Shown here one piece after another: positions 23,118 to 36,320 of a stretch of 64,000 nt of DNA (position 1 is the stretch's first letter; each line of letters opens with the position of its first letter). The stretch lies in assembly GCF_006345805.1 (NCBI RefSeq), contig NC_043011.1, positions 49,240,464 to 49,304,463 of the forward strand, written 5' to 3'. Position numbers and translations under genes: made by a program. The notes under the pieces were generated by a model. That model made no database searches. It saw only the letters and a program-made list of their open reading frames with translations, and was not told where the DNA came from. Source of the DNA: Octopus sinensis (Eukaryota).

Positions 23118-23443
23118 ATTTCCTCTACCTTAGCGAATGCAGGGGTATTGTTTTCAGTCGTATTTGTTTGTTTGTCTGTCAATGGACAAGTTATCTCAAG
23201 AACCGCTGAATGGATTTGGATGAAACTTTCAGGGATTGATCCAGTACCAGACAAGGATTCTGGACTATTTTTGGGGTTTTTTACTTTAATTTTGAGAGTG
23301 GTCAGGTTCATTTTTAGTATTCCTGTTTTTCTGAGCTGTCAAGTTTATTTCAGATATTCTCATTTTCCAAAGCATCCCTGGTTAATCGTTGCAAGGACGT
23401 TGGTCTTGCCTTAGCAGAGGTTTGAGCCCTCTGAGTTTTCTTG
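23118..23443 (+). mobile_element. Helentron-type non-autonomous element, second copy
   Basis: Homologous to 20241-20612. Confidence 0.6.
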
Positions 23444-23476
23444 TTATTGTTATTATTATTATTATTATCATTATTA

Positions 23477-23508
<32 letters not shown>

Positions 23509-23531
23509 TGTGGTGTTGTTGTTGTTGTTGC

Positions 23532-23577
<46 letters not shown>

Positions 23578-23624
23578 GTTGTTGTTGTTGGTGGTGGTGG
23601 TGGTGGTGTTGTTGTTGTTGTTGC

Positions 23625-23668
<44 letters not shown>
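23444..23668. repeat. (ATT)n/(GTT)n/(GGT)n compound repeat, internally duplicated
   Basis: Direct reading. Confidence 0.95.
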
Positions 23669-23669
<1 letters not shown>

Positions 23670-24119
23670 GGTGACAAGCTAGCAGAATCATTAGCATGCC
23701 AAGTGAAAAGCTTAGCGATACTTCATCGGTCACGAAGTTCTGAGTTCAAATTCAGCCAAGGGTGATTTTACCTTTCCTTCTATCAGGGTCAATTAAATAA
23801 ATACCAGTTACACACTGGGGTCAATATAATCGACTTAATCCCCTCCTCCAAGGTACCCTTGTACCAAAAATTCGAAATCATGATTATAATAACAATAATA
23901 ATTGTTATTGTTATTATTATTATTTTTATTATTATTATCATTCATTACAAGTAGTAGTAGCAGTGATTGCAGTACCTGTTATCTGGAATTCTTTCTGCCC
24001 CACCCCCATCAGCTCATTGTTATTGTGAATATAATTTCCGCCAAATTGTTTCATTCTTTTGAATTATTTATTATTTCACATTCACAGTGGCTTTTAATTC
24101 ACACATTCGTTTATATAAG

Positions 24120-24171
<52 letters not shown>

Positions 24172-24299
24172 CATATATACAGATTATATTTCTATATATA
24201 TGCACACATATTTATATATATATATATATATATCTACACATACATATAAATATGTATATATATATAAATATATATATATATCTACACATACATATATAT

Positions 24300-24794
24300 A
24301 ATAGAAATATTAAAATAACTAAGTCTCTCTAAAAGAAAAATAAGAAAAATAAGAAAAAAGCTGTCCGCTTATTAGCTCCATGAGGCCATCGCCTTAAGTT
24401 AGCTATTGATACACAAACTGTATCCATATAACCTTCGAACAAGGAGGTCAGTCGCTCCACACTACTTGACCGGCAGCTACAGACGCGTTTCGGAGTATTG
24501 CCCCTTTTCAATGCAGCGTAGCCAGCCAGTAGGTGTCACTTCCGACAATCTCTGTTCGATGGTTTTATTTACCTAGTTTCGGTGGAATACATCCACTTGT
24601 TTTCAATAATAGAAATATTAAAATAACTAAGTCTCTCTAAAAGAGAACAGCGGCAGCGTTCCCGGAAAATAGTAGTGTGGAGCGACTGACCTCCCTTGTT
24701 CGAAGGTTATATGGATACAGTTTGTGTATCAAATAGCTAACTTAAGGCGATGGCCTCATGGAGCTAATAAGCGGACAGCTTTTTTCTTATTTTT
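24300..24794 (-). mobile_element. PLE-like pseudo-LTR relic: about 120-bp inverted arms, 36-bp direct repeat and a hammerhead
   Basis: Arms 24346-24466 and 24671-24794 are near-perfect reverse complements; identical 36-mer at 24300-24335 and 24608-24643; abuts (TA)n. Confidence 0.65.
24476..24517 (-). ncRNA. Minimal type I hammerhead ribozyme (U3-A8 variant, dimer-type helix III)
   Basis: GCUGCA-UUGAAAA-GGGG(CAAUA)CUCC-GAAA-CGCG-UC-UGUAGC: 6-bp helix I, 4-bp helix II, GAAA, self-complementary ACGCGU, and a UC cleavage site. Confidence 0.7.
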
Positions 24795-24972
24795 ATAAGA
24801 ATGCCATATTAGTATGGCGATAACTATTATTTTTACATATATATATATATATATAATATATATATATCTACACACCCACACACATATGTATATACACACA
24901 AACATACACATATATATATATATATGTACATATATGACATGCACAGATTCATATGTACATGTATGGATATAA

Positions 24973-25040
<68 letters not shown>

Positions 25041-25567
25041 CATATATATATATGCATATATATATGTAGCGTGAGGAGAGTGAGAAGAATGGGTGAGAAG
25101 GATATAAATATGTCTGTGTGTGCATGTGTGTGTATACACACACATAAAAAATACAATATACTCTTTCTTGCATTAGTTTTGAATGTTTAGAATTTGGCAC
25201 AGCGGTGAGTGTTTGGCAATGGCAAGCTGTTAAGATTAAACAACGCAGCAGTGCCAATAATTTGTCTTTGGCAGTGTGGAGCCATTCTGAGGAGGAAAAA
25301 TAGCTGAAAAATATAAATAGGGGTGGTCTGTGAGAGATTGGAGGAGTAGAGGGAATCTATCGAGGTTTGTTGGTCTGTGTCAGTGTCTGTGTGTGTGTGT
25401 ATATGTGTGTGTGCGTGTGTGTGTGTGTGTTCATTTTCACTGCCTAAATATATTTAAAAAAAACATAGATGCATCTCAATGTGTGTGTATATGAATGAGT
25501 GAACATGTACATCTCTACATATGTACACATATGTATGTATAATACACACATACATACACACACACAG

Positions 25568-25604
<37 letters not shown>

Positions 25605-26069
25605 CTGATACATATAGACATAAAACATTTACATGTATACAAATCTATATCACTTCTACACATACACATGCATAGACATTTACACACACACACACACCAC
25701 ACACATATATATAGTTGTATGTATGTGTGTGCGTGTATATAATGTGTATATATATGAGTATATGTCTATACCTGTCTGTCTCTCTATATTTATGAAATAT
25801 GTTGGTGTATATATATATACACATACATATATGCATATATATATATACGTACATATATGCATATACATACATATATGCATTTACTTACATATATATATAT
25901 ATATATATATATGCACATATATACATATATATATATATATAATGTAGATAGATTTACACATATGTATACTATAAACATTCACACACAACTATAAGAATAC
26001 TTATATATATTCCTTTATATTTACACACCTACATATTTAAGATACACCTCACACTATACACACACACAT

Positions 26070-26103
<34 letters not shown>

Positions 26104-26302
26104 CCACATATTTTCATGCACAATGTAACAAAAGATATGAATATAAAGTTGTATATTTAATATTGCAATATTCTTCAATGTAAATATAATATGCCTCCTA
26201 ATACAGTTATCTTTCTGTTTTGTTATTTACCATAGTTTTTGGTGTCTTTTTTAAAATTAATATATTTGTGCTGTTTTTGTTGTTATATATATATATATTA
26301 TA

Positions 26303-27095
26303 AGTGCAGGAGTGACTGTGTGGTAAGAAGCTTGCTTCCCAACCACATGGTTCCAGGTTCAGTCCCACTGCATGGTACTTTGGGCAGGTGTCTTCTACTC
26401 AGGCCAACCAAAGACTTGTGAGTAGATTTGGTAGATGGAAACTGAAAGAAGCCCGTCGTATGTATACATGTATTTGTGTGTGTGTGTGTGCATGTGTGTG
26501 TTTGTGTATTGTGTGTCTGCGTTTGTTTCCTCCTGCCATCACTTGACAACCGATGTTGGTGTGTTTACATCCCTGTAACGTAGCAGTTTGGCCAAAGTGA
26601 CTGATAGAATAAGTACTAGGCTTACAAAGAATAAGTCCTGGGGTTGATTTATTTGACTAAAGGTGGTGCTCCAGCGTGGCCACAGTCAAAAGACAAACAA
26701 GATAAAAAGAATATATCTATTTGTATTGTTGTTGGGTAAGAAGTTTGCCTCCCAACCACATGGTTCTGGGTTCAGTCCCACTGTGACACCTTGGGCAAGT
26801 ATCTCCTGCAGGCCAAACTAACCGAAGCCTTGCAAGTGTATTTGGTAGATGGAAACTGAAAGAAGCCTATTATGTATATGTATGTGTGTGTGTGTGTCTT
26901 TGTATCAGTGATTCCCCACTTCCCACTGACCGTCAACTGGTGCTGGTGTGTTTACATGCCTGTAACTTAGCAGTTTAGCAAAAGAGACCAATAGAATAGG
27001 CGCCAGACTTGAATGGGCCTGATTTGACCAAAAATTCTCTAGGGTGTTGCTACAGCTTGGCCACAGTTGAATTAGTGAAATAAGTCAAACATAAG
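26303..27095 (+). mobile_element. Two consecutive SINE family A copies (26303-26710 and about 26735-27095)
   Basis: Both match the 60941-61342 head, body and tail. Confidence 0.85.
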
Positions 27096-27104
27096 TGTTG
27101 CATG

Positions 27105-27308
27105 TTACTTGGTGCCATATACGAAGCACCGAGTACACCTTGCAAAGTGGTTGGTGCCAGGAAGGACATCCAGCTTTAGAAGCCATATCAAAATTGGACT
27201 GTAGAGCTTGTTGCAGTCTTCTAGCTTCCAAGCTCCTGTGAAACTGACCAACCCATGCCAGCATGAGAAATGGACATTAAATGATGATGATGATGATGAT
27301 GATGATGA
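27105..27308 (+). mobile_element. Older family D-like retroposon
   Basis: GTGGTTGGTGCCAGGAAGGACATCCAGC...CCAACCCATGCCAGCATG...TAAAT(GAT)n. Confidence 0.7.
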
Positions 27309-27586
27309 CTTCAGTTTCACAAGTATGTGTATGTGTACATATATTCTCTTTTACTCTAGGCACAAGGCCAGTCGATTAGATCGACACCAGCACACAACAG
27401 GTACTTAATTTACCAACCCCGAAAAGATGAAAGGCAAAGTCGACTTTGACGGAATTTGAACTCAGAACATAAGGACAGATGAAATAACGCTAAGCAGTTT
27501 ACCAAGTGTGCTAAAATTTCTGCCAGCTCACCGCCTTAAATAACCATTTTTTCTCTCAGCACAAGGCCCCAAATTTTTGTGCTTGT

Positions 27587-27626
<40 letters not shown>

Positions 27627-27628
<2 letters not shown>

Positions 27629-27787
27629 AAACAGTTTGCTTCAAATTCATTGGTACTGTTGAGTTTCAAGCATGATGCTAATTATCAGTCATTTTGAATT
27701 TGATTTGATTCAAATTCAAAATGGCTGACAACTAGCATCATGCTTGAAACTCTAAAGTACCAATGCATTTGAATGAAGCTGTTTTCA
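27627..27787. repeat. About 160 bp fold-back palindrome next to (TA)n
   Basis: CATTGGTAC...GAGTTTCAAGCATGATGCTA pairs with TAGCATCATGCTTGAAACTC...GTACCAATG. Confidence 0.9.
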
Positions 27788-27901
27788 TCCTTACATGTAA
27801 CTCCCAATAAATTTGATTTGTGCCCTTCTTTCGTTTGTCCATTCATTGGTATATGTTAATAGATATTTACACACACACACATATATGTGTATGTATGTAT
27901 G

Positions 27902-28163
27902 CATCATCATCATCGTTCAACGTCCGTTTTCCATGCTGGCACAGGTTGGACGGTTCGACCGGGGTCTGGGAAGCCAGGAGGCCGCACCAGGCTCCAGTCT
28001 GATCTGGCAGTGTTTCTATAGCTGGATGCCTTTCCTAACGCCAACCAATCCATGCCAGGGGAGTCTGGCAGCGGCCACGATCGGTCGGTGCTTTTAACAT
28101 GCCAGTCAAGGCGGCACTGGCATCGGCCACGTTCGGATGGTGCTTTTTACGTGCCACCGGCAC
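27902..28163 (-). mobile_element. Family D retroposon
   Basis: (CAT)n CGTTCAACGTCCGTTTTCCATGC...GGATGCC...CTTTTTACGTGCCACCGGCAC. Confidence 0.85.
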
Positions 28164-28812
28164 ATATGTATGTATGTATGTATATATATATATATATATA
28201 TATGTTTAAAATGGTAATTGATTAAGTAACCAGAAGATGGATTTGGTATTAATCTTTATTTGGTACAACAATTGTTTTGACACATCTTGCTATTGTCCCT
28301 TATGGGTGGGACTCCGTTCCACATGTTGTATTGCATCTATTTCGCCATCTGGATCACAAGAAGTGCATCCATACATAAAGTAGTGTCTCACTAGAAGCCC
28401 TGAGTCTAGGCTGTCATGTTTACACCCATCTAGTTAAGGAATGCCAACACTATTCAACATCTCAAGACACTAATTAGCATATACTCAAAATATTATATAT
28501 ATATATATATATATTTCTTATGCCGAGTCAGAAATTTGGGATCTGGAATTATCCAGTAATTTCTTTTACTTGTTTATTTTGTCTTTTTGTCTTCTCTCCT
28601 GATGCTGTATGAACATTTAATGTGGTTTTAGAATCAGTTTTGGCTGCTATTTCTTGTGTGGCGATATCTCTTAGATACCCTAAATTATAATTTTAATAAT
28701 AATTATTACCTTTGAAGGTTTCTATTCCCATGCTGGCCACTTGATAAGTTTGATATTTAAATAACAATCTTATCCTTATCTATCTATATATATATATTAT
28801 ATTATATACTTC

Positions 28813-28934
28813 ATTTAAAAGCAGCAGAAATTCAACAAAACCTGTTACTCTGAGTTTCACGTTCCCATTCGTCCGACGAACGGGAACGTGAAACTCAGAG
28901 TAACAGATTTTGTTGAATTCTGCTGCTTTTAAAT
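28813..28934. repeat. About 120 bp near-perfect hairpin/palindrome
   Basis: TTTAAAAGCAGCAGAA...CTGTTACTCTGAGTTTCACGTTCCC pairs with GGGAACGTGAAACTCAGAGTAACAG...TTCTGCTGCTTTTAAA. Confidence 0.95.
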
Positions 28935-29046
28935 AAGCATATTACTCTACCCCTGGTATTTGAGTACTCTTTTTTCCACCTTGTTTCACTTTATCTTTTA
29001 CTCCACCCAGTATATATATATATATATTATATATATATATATATAT

Positions 29047-30025
29047 AAAAGAGAGAAAGTGAGGCATATATGCACACAGGCATGTGTTTTCAAAACGTTG
29101 TTGAAAAGATTCAACAAGCATATGTCCATTGCTTGTTTCTAGTTTCTTTTTTTCTTTTGATGAAGAACAAAAGTTTGAAACGTTGAAAGCATTCCTATTT
29201 CTGTAAATGTGAAACTAATAACTTTTATGCCATGATTTCCAAGTCTTTGCCATGTCACTTTCATTTAATATCAAATGTGAGTATGTGTGCATGTTTCTAT
29301 CTGTATGTGTGTGTTGTTGAATATGTATATATATATGTATCTACTTAAGTATACATATCCATATATATATATATATATATGTATTCGAGTATGTATTTAC
29401 GTTTATTGTCAATATAGGCAAGTGTGAACAAATATGTTTTTGTATGTGTGTGTGAAAGCATGCATTGTATGTGAGGGCCTACATGTATTTATGTACGTGC
29501 ATGCATGAGTGTGTGTGTGTGTGTATATGTATGCATCTATTTGTGTATGTTCAAGTTTGATATCTTACAGAATTCCTCTGGCAGAATGCAAGATTTATTG
29601 TATTTACACATACAGGGTATATACATAGTTGTGTTTGTGCATTTATGTGTTATTCTACGTGTGTTGATGCACAAATGCAAGTATGTGTATGCTTATAACT
29701 GAATATATATATATGTATAGATAAGCATTTTTGTGGGTATGTATATGAATCTCTATTTATCTCTCTAGCTCTATCTCTCTATCTCTCTGTCCATCTATGT
29801 ATCTATCTATGTATGTATCTATTTATTTATCAGTTTATCTATCTATATACCAATCTATTTCTTTCTCTCCCTCTCTATTTATTGAGAATGAGAGAGAGAT
29901 AGACAGAGAGAGAGAGGGAGAGATATTTAAGAAATATATATGTATATATATATGTATATATGTATATACTCTTTTACTCATTTCAGCCATATATATTTCT
30001 TAAATCTCTCTCCCTCTCTCTTGTG

Positions 30026-30063
<38 letters not shown>

Positions 30064-31107
30064 CACACCACACACACACACACATATATATATATATAAT
30101 ATATATATATATATTATATATAAAAGAGAGAGAAAGTGAGGCATATATGCACACAGGCATGTGTTTTCAAAACGTTGTTGAAAAGATTCAACAAGCATAT
30201 GTCCATTGCTTGTTTCTAGTTTCTTTTTTTTTCTTTTGATGAAGAACAAAAGTTTGAAACGTTGAAAGCATTCCTATTTCTGTAAATGTGAAACTAATAA
30301 CTTTTATGCCATGATTTCCAAGTCTTTGCCATTTCACTTTCATTTAATATCAAATGTGAGTATGTGCATGTTTCTATCTGTATGTTGTGTTGTTGTTGAA
30401 TATGTATATATATGTATCTACTTAAGTATACATATCCATATATATATATATATATATGTATTCGAGTATGTATTTACTTTATTGTCAATTAGGCAAGTGT
30501 GGAACAAATATGTTTTTGTATGTGTGTGTGAAAGCATGCATTGTATGTGAGGGCTACATGTATTTATGTACGTGCATGCATGAGTGTGTGTGTGTGTGTA
30601 TATGTATGCATCTATTTGTGTATGTTCAAGTTTGATATCTTACAGAATTCCTCTGGCAGAATGCAAGATTTATTGTATTTACACATACAGGTATATACAT
30701 AGTTGTGTTTGTGCATTTATGTGTTATTCTAACGTGTGTTGATGCACAAATGCAAGTATGTGTATGCTTATAACTGAATATATATATATGTATAGATAAG
30801 CATTTTTGTGGGTATGTATATGAATCTCTATTTATCTCTCTAGCTCTATCTCTCTATCTCTCTGTCCATCTATGTATCTATCTTGTATGTATCTATTTAT
30901 TTATCAGTTTATCTATCTATATACCTATCTTTTTTCTCTTTCTCTCTCCTCTTCTCTTTATTGAGAATGAGAGAGAGAATAGACAGAGAGAGAGGGAGAG
31001 ATATTTAAGAATATATATGTATATATATATGTATATGTATATACTCTTTTACTCATTTCATGCCATATATATTTCTTAAATCTCTCTCCCTCTCTCTTGT
31101 GTATGTA
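29047..31107. repeat. Tandem duplication with about 1075-bp period (29047-30031 and 30122-31107)
   Basis: Colinear, near-identical copies that differ mainly by 1-nt indels. Confidence 0.95.
29152..29189 (+). ncRNA. Decayed minimal hammerhead-like motif (duplicated at about 30231-30268)
   Basis: UUGAUGA-A-GAAC(AAAA)GUUU-GAAA-CGUU; C3 is mutated and helix I is poor. Confidence 0.35.
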
Positions 31108-31146
31108 ATATATATATATATATATATATAATCATATACAAACACC

Positions 31147-31211
<65 letters not shown>

Positions 31212-32324
31212 GCATAAATGTATGTGCACATACTTATATACAAGTATATAAACACACACTCACAAAGACATATGTATGAGGTGTGAATACCTATAATTGT
31301 ATTTGGGCATCTCTGCATGCATATATGCATCAGTGTGAATGTATATAATTATTTGTGAGCATGTATGAATATATATATATGCATTTGGAAACACATGTAT
31401 ATGTGTGTGCATCTGCATATAATGCAGCTGTCCTTCACCTGCTTATATATATTAAATGTATTTTGACACATACATATATATACCTATTTTGACACATACA
31501 TATATATGTATTTTGGCACATACATACATGCATTCATTTGTGTTTACCTATGTTTGTGTATCTGCGTGTGTGTTTGTTGCATGCATATATAAATGTGTTT
31601 ACATCCATGTATGCGTGTACATGTAGGGCTTACTAGAACATTCTCTGTTGAGGCTTAATATATTAAATGCATTTATATATGCAATTTGACATATATTTCT
31701 CTGTGTATATATGGGTGTTACAGTATGCCTATATGGGTATGTGAGTACCTATGTGTATGCTTTGTTACATCCTTATGTGCATACAAGTATTTGCACCTAT
31801 GTGTGTATCTGTGTTGATATATTGTGTATGTATATTTGCATACATATCTGCAAATACACTTGCATATTTCTATCCGTGTGAATACATGTGCGTATACTTG
31901 TTTGCATATGTGCACACACATGCATATTTGCATGCACTTGTGCACATATATGCATATTTACATGTGTGTGAATATATATCTGTATACGTTTGTATGCACA
32001 TGTGCATCTGCATGTGTGAACATGTGCATGTAATTACAAATCAGTGCATATGTATGTGCACGTGTATTATGCAACAATGTGCAGTGAAATTGCTAGCAAT
32101 GTCATGCATCAGATTAGTTGCTTTCAAAGATTAATATAGTTTATATGATGCAGTGAAAAATGCATTATGTGGTGCAGTGAAATGCATTATGTAATGCAGT
32201 GAAAAATGCATTATGTGGTGCAGCAAGATGCAGATGCTTGCAATGACAAGTGTAGCATTTCGATTACTTCACTGAATTCCTGCTGTTATTATTGTGACAT
32301 ACCTAGATAGCTATTTCTCATCAT

Positions 32325-32700
32325 CATCATCATCACTACCATTACCACCACCACAACCAACAACAACAACAGCAATAAAAGCAACATCATCAAAAATGTG
32401 ATCATCATCATCCTCATCATCATAATCACCACCACTAAACCACTTTCATCGCAAATGCTATTATCCCCGTCATCATCAATACCGCCACCATCAACATCAC
32501 CGCCATCATTATCATCATCACAATCACAACCACCACCACTAACACCACAGTCACATTCATCATCATCATCATCATCATCATCACCATTATCCCCATCACC
32601 ACAACAACCCCACCACCACAACCATCATCACCATTGTCACCATCATCATCATCGTCATCACCACCGTCGCCATCATGTACTCATATCCCCGTTTATCACA
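32325..32700. repeat. (CAT)/(CAC) low-complexity tract
   Basis: Direct reading. Confidence 0.9.
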
Positions 32701-32845
32701 ATTACAGCTGTCATCATCACGTTGTCATTATATATTTATGTTTTCACATAAATTGGAATGCATATTCGTGTGTTTATATGTTTGTACATATATGTGTGTG
32801 TGTGTGAGTGTGTGTTTGTGTGTGTGTGTGTGTGTGGTGTGTGTG

Positions 32846-32900
<55 letters not shown>

Positions 32901-33127
32901 GTATATGGACACATGTTGCCAACCCCAGGGCTCAACTTCAAATGGAACTTATTTTATTGAGCCCAAAATGATGAGAGACAAAAGTGACTTTGGCAAGATT
33001 AGAACTTAGAGCACAAAGAGTGAGAAAATGCTGGTAAGCATTTTGCTCAGTACAATAGCAAACCTACCTCTACTCATTATGCAAATATATATGTATACAC
33101 ACACAGAGATACAAACACACACAAACA

Positions 33128-33712
33128 CATCATCATCATCATCATTTAGCATCCGCTTTCCATGCTAGCCTGGGTTGGACGGTTCGACCGGGGATCTGGG
33201 AAGCCAGAAGGCTGCACCAGGCCCAGTCTGATCTAGCAAGTTTCTACAGCTGGATGCCCTTCCTAACGCCAACCACTCCGTAAGTGTAGTGGGTGCTTTT
33301 TACATGCCACCGGCACAGGTGCCAGATGAGGCTGGCAAACGGCCACGATCAGATGGTGCTTTTTACGTGCCATATATATACATACACACATAGATATATA
33401 CATATACATACACACATACATATATACATATACATACACACCTATATATATATACATATATTATCGTTATTATCACTTAGCATCTGTTTTCCATGCTGGT
33501 ATAGGCTGGATAGTTTGACTAAGGTCTGGAGAGCCAGTGGCTGCACCAAGTTCCAGTCTGATCTGGCAATGTTTCTACAGCTGGATGCCCTTCCTAATGC
33601 CAACCACTCTGGGAGTGTAGTGTGTGCTTTTTACATGCTACCGGCACAGGAGCCAGTGAGACAGGCCTGGCATTGATCACGTTTGGATGGTGCTGTAAAT
33701 GTGCCACTGGCA
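33128..33712 (-). mobile_element. Two consecutive family D copies (33128-33372 and 33461-33712)
   Basis: Both carry GGATGCCCTTCCTAA(C/T)GCCAACCACTC and GTGCTTTTTACATGC. Confidence 0.85.
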
Positions 33713-34251
33713 ATATATATATGTATGTATGTATTATACATATGATTATGCTTCTTTGAATATTGTGCTGAGAATGTGAAATAAGCTGTTTTAACTGCTT
33801 CCATCCTGAAATTGGACCCAATACACAATTTACTGTGAAGCTTTATTTTGTGCATTTCATTTGCTCATTTACAACCCGTGTTTTTGTAAGAGTTGACAGT
33901 GGCTTATAACATCTTTTGGTGTCTTCTTATAGTATGCTGGAGCAGGTTATTTCCTGATCCCTTTAATATAATTATATGTGTTATATATATAATTGTTAAT
34001 TCAGAATGTTGTATACGCTTCTGATGAGAATACAATAAGATTCAAGAATCAATTAAGTTTGTTCATCATTTTAGAAATGGCTGTGCATCAGCATTGCCCA
34101 GCTCTGAGCTGAAACTACAGGAAAAAAAACATATATATATATATATATAGTTCCAGCAAAACAATTTAGATTCAAATGAATATGGTACTTAACTTAGATG
34201 CACCAGAATTTTTTTATGGTATTACCCATAAAATTATGTGGGGTGATTAAA

Positions 34252-34400
34252 ACCAAAAAATAAGCAGCAAGAATGGATCAGTAGTTTAGTACAATTGTTT
34301 CATTCTATAAATTTGCAATTTTTGCAGCTTTAATAAAATGTTTATAGTATGAAACAATTGTACTAAACTACTGATCCATTCTTGTTGCTTATTTTTTGGT
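34252..34400. repeat. About 150 bp fold-back palindrome abutting (TA)n
   Basis: ACCAAAAAATAAGC...GAATGGATCAGTAGTTTAGTACAATTGTTT pairs with AAACAATTGTACTAAACTACTGATCCATTC...GCTTATTTTTTGGT. Confidence 0.92.
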
Positions 34401-34406
34401 ATATAT

Positions 34407-34453
<47 letters not shown>

Positions 34454-35195
34454 ATGCATGCATGTACAGAAACAAACGCAAACACAATGAGGTTTCATTC
34501 AGTTTCCTTTGACCAATTCTACTTACGAAACATTAGTTGGTCCAGAACTATACTAGAAGGCATCTGTCCAAGTTGCTACAAAGTAAGACTAATCCCGAAA
34601 CCTCATGGTATTGAAGCAAATTTCTTTATTATACAACCATTCCAGCACTCAAACAGACACCCACACACATGCATTCGCAAACACACATACACACACAAAT
34701 GTACACATACATACACACACATATGCACACACACACACACATAACATATGCATGTGTGCACACACACATGTTATATTGCAAACATTTCTATGCTTGAGTT
34801 TAATCATTTTCATTATGATTATTTTATATCTTTGTATATGATCCTTCCAGACCCTCTCAGCCTCATTATCAGGATTTCGAGTGGCATCAGCTTCTTTAAT
34901 ACCTCTTAGTTAGTGAATAACTTTTATTTTTGCTGATCTTACAACCAGAATTTGGCTACTGGAATTATTCATATTCAGCAGTCATGTGGTTATTCTTTTT
35001 GTGAGATGTGTATCTCGACTGAGTGCAAATTTAGAGTTGTGCTGTGATATAAATATTACAAACAAAAGACATTTTTTATTAACATACACCAAAGATAAAA
35101 ACAAAAGCTTAATCATACATAAAGAGGGCAAATGCTGATCTAACTACAAAATTTCAGCGGTAAAATCACTAGTTAGGTGAGTATTTAAATTCACT

Positions 35196-35515
35196 TCCAC
35201 AAATGACACACTAGACGAAGAAATTTACCAAATAACACAAGTGCTAATTAATAATGGATATTCATTATTAAACCAAGCGATTGATGTATATATAGACAGA
35301 CATACCGAGCAGCAACTAAATTCGACAAAACCTCTACTAAAATATGCATATCACATACAAAGTTTATTACATGAATCAAATGCATATCAGATATAAAATG
35401 GATGAACACATAATAAAAAATTTCATGAAAAGTAACACCAAATGCATTTGCCAAGCCATAAACTGACTATTATCACATTATAAAAAAACGATAAAATCAA
35501 ACACCTCCTGATTAG
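35196..35515 (+). pseudogene. Penelope-like element ORF fragment (RT thumb/linker)
   Basis: Frameshifted reading LDEEIYQITQVLINNGYS...YMNQMHIRYKMDEHIIKNF...HYKK matches the EI..I.Q.L.NNGY...Y.NQM...YK.DE..IK pattern of PLE proteins. Confidence 0.65.
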
Positions 35516-35699
35516 TAACACACCATAAACTTGAGAATAAGTTACTAATGACTAATGTAATTTATAAATTTGATTGTGAAACTGGAACTTTATCATTGTA
35601 ACTGTTACATTGTCTGTACAAGCACAGTACACCTTCACACTGAAATTGCATCACACTGCATTATGTACCATAAAACAAAGCCAGTTAGGGAATTAATGA

Positions 35700-36320
35700 T
35701 TTTGAATTTTGGCACTGGGCCAGCAATTCTGAAGTGGAGAGAATTTGATTACATTAACCACTGGCACTCAGCTTGTACTTATTCTATTGATCCCGAAAGG
35801 ATGAAAGGCAAAGTCTACTTTGGTGGAATTTGAACTCAGAACGTAAAGACGGGGGAAATGCTGCTAAGCATTTTGCCAGGTACGCTAATGATTCTTATTT
35901 CTTTACTGCCCAGAAGGGGCCTACACACAGAGGGGACAAATAAGAACAGACAAAGAGATTAAGTCGATTATATCGAACCCAGTGAATAACTGGTACTTAT
36001 TTAATCGACCCCGAAAGGATGAAAGGCAAAGTCAACCTTGGCGGAATTTGAACTCAGAATGTAAAGTGGCAGACGAAATACCTATTTCTTTGCTACCCAC
36101 AAGGGGCTAAACACAGAGGGGACAAACAAGGACAGACAAATGGATTAAGTCGATTTAATCGACCCTGAAAGGATGAAAGGCAAAGTTGACCTCGGAGGAA
36201 TTTGAACTCAGAACGTAGCAGCAGACGAAATACCGCTAAGCATTTCGTCTGGTGTGCTAACAATTCCGCCAGCTCACAGTCTTATATTCTAATCACGCTA
36301 ATGATTCTGCCATTTCTCTG
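35700..36320 (-). mobile_element. SINE B multimer (about 3 units)
   Basis: Repeated GAAAGGATGAAAGGCAAAGTC...GAATTTGAACTCAGAA; head ends at GCCAGCTCAC near 36277. Confidence 0.88.

Noticed and set aside
34835-34910. Minus-strand peptide GIKEADATRNPDNEAERVWKDHIQ as an exon
   Set aside because: The DNA (CCTGATAATGAGGCT...GTCTGGAA) resembles the repeat-derived motif at 37093-37125, and there is no good donor.
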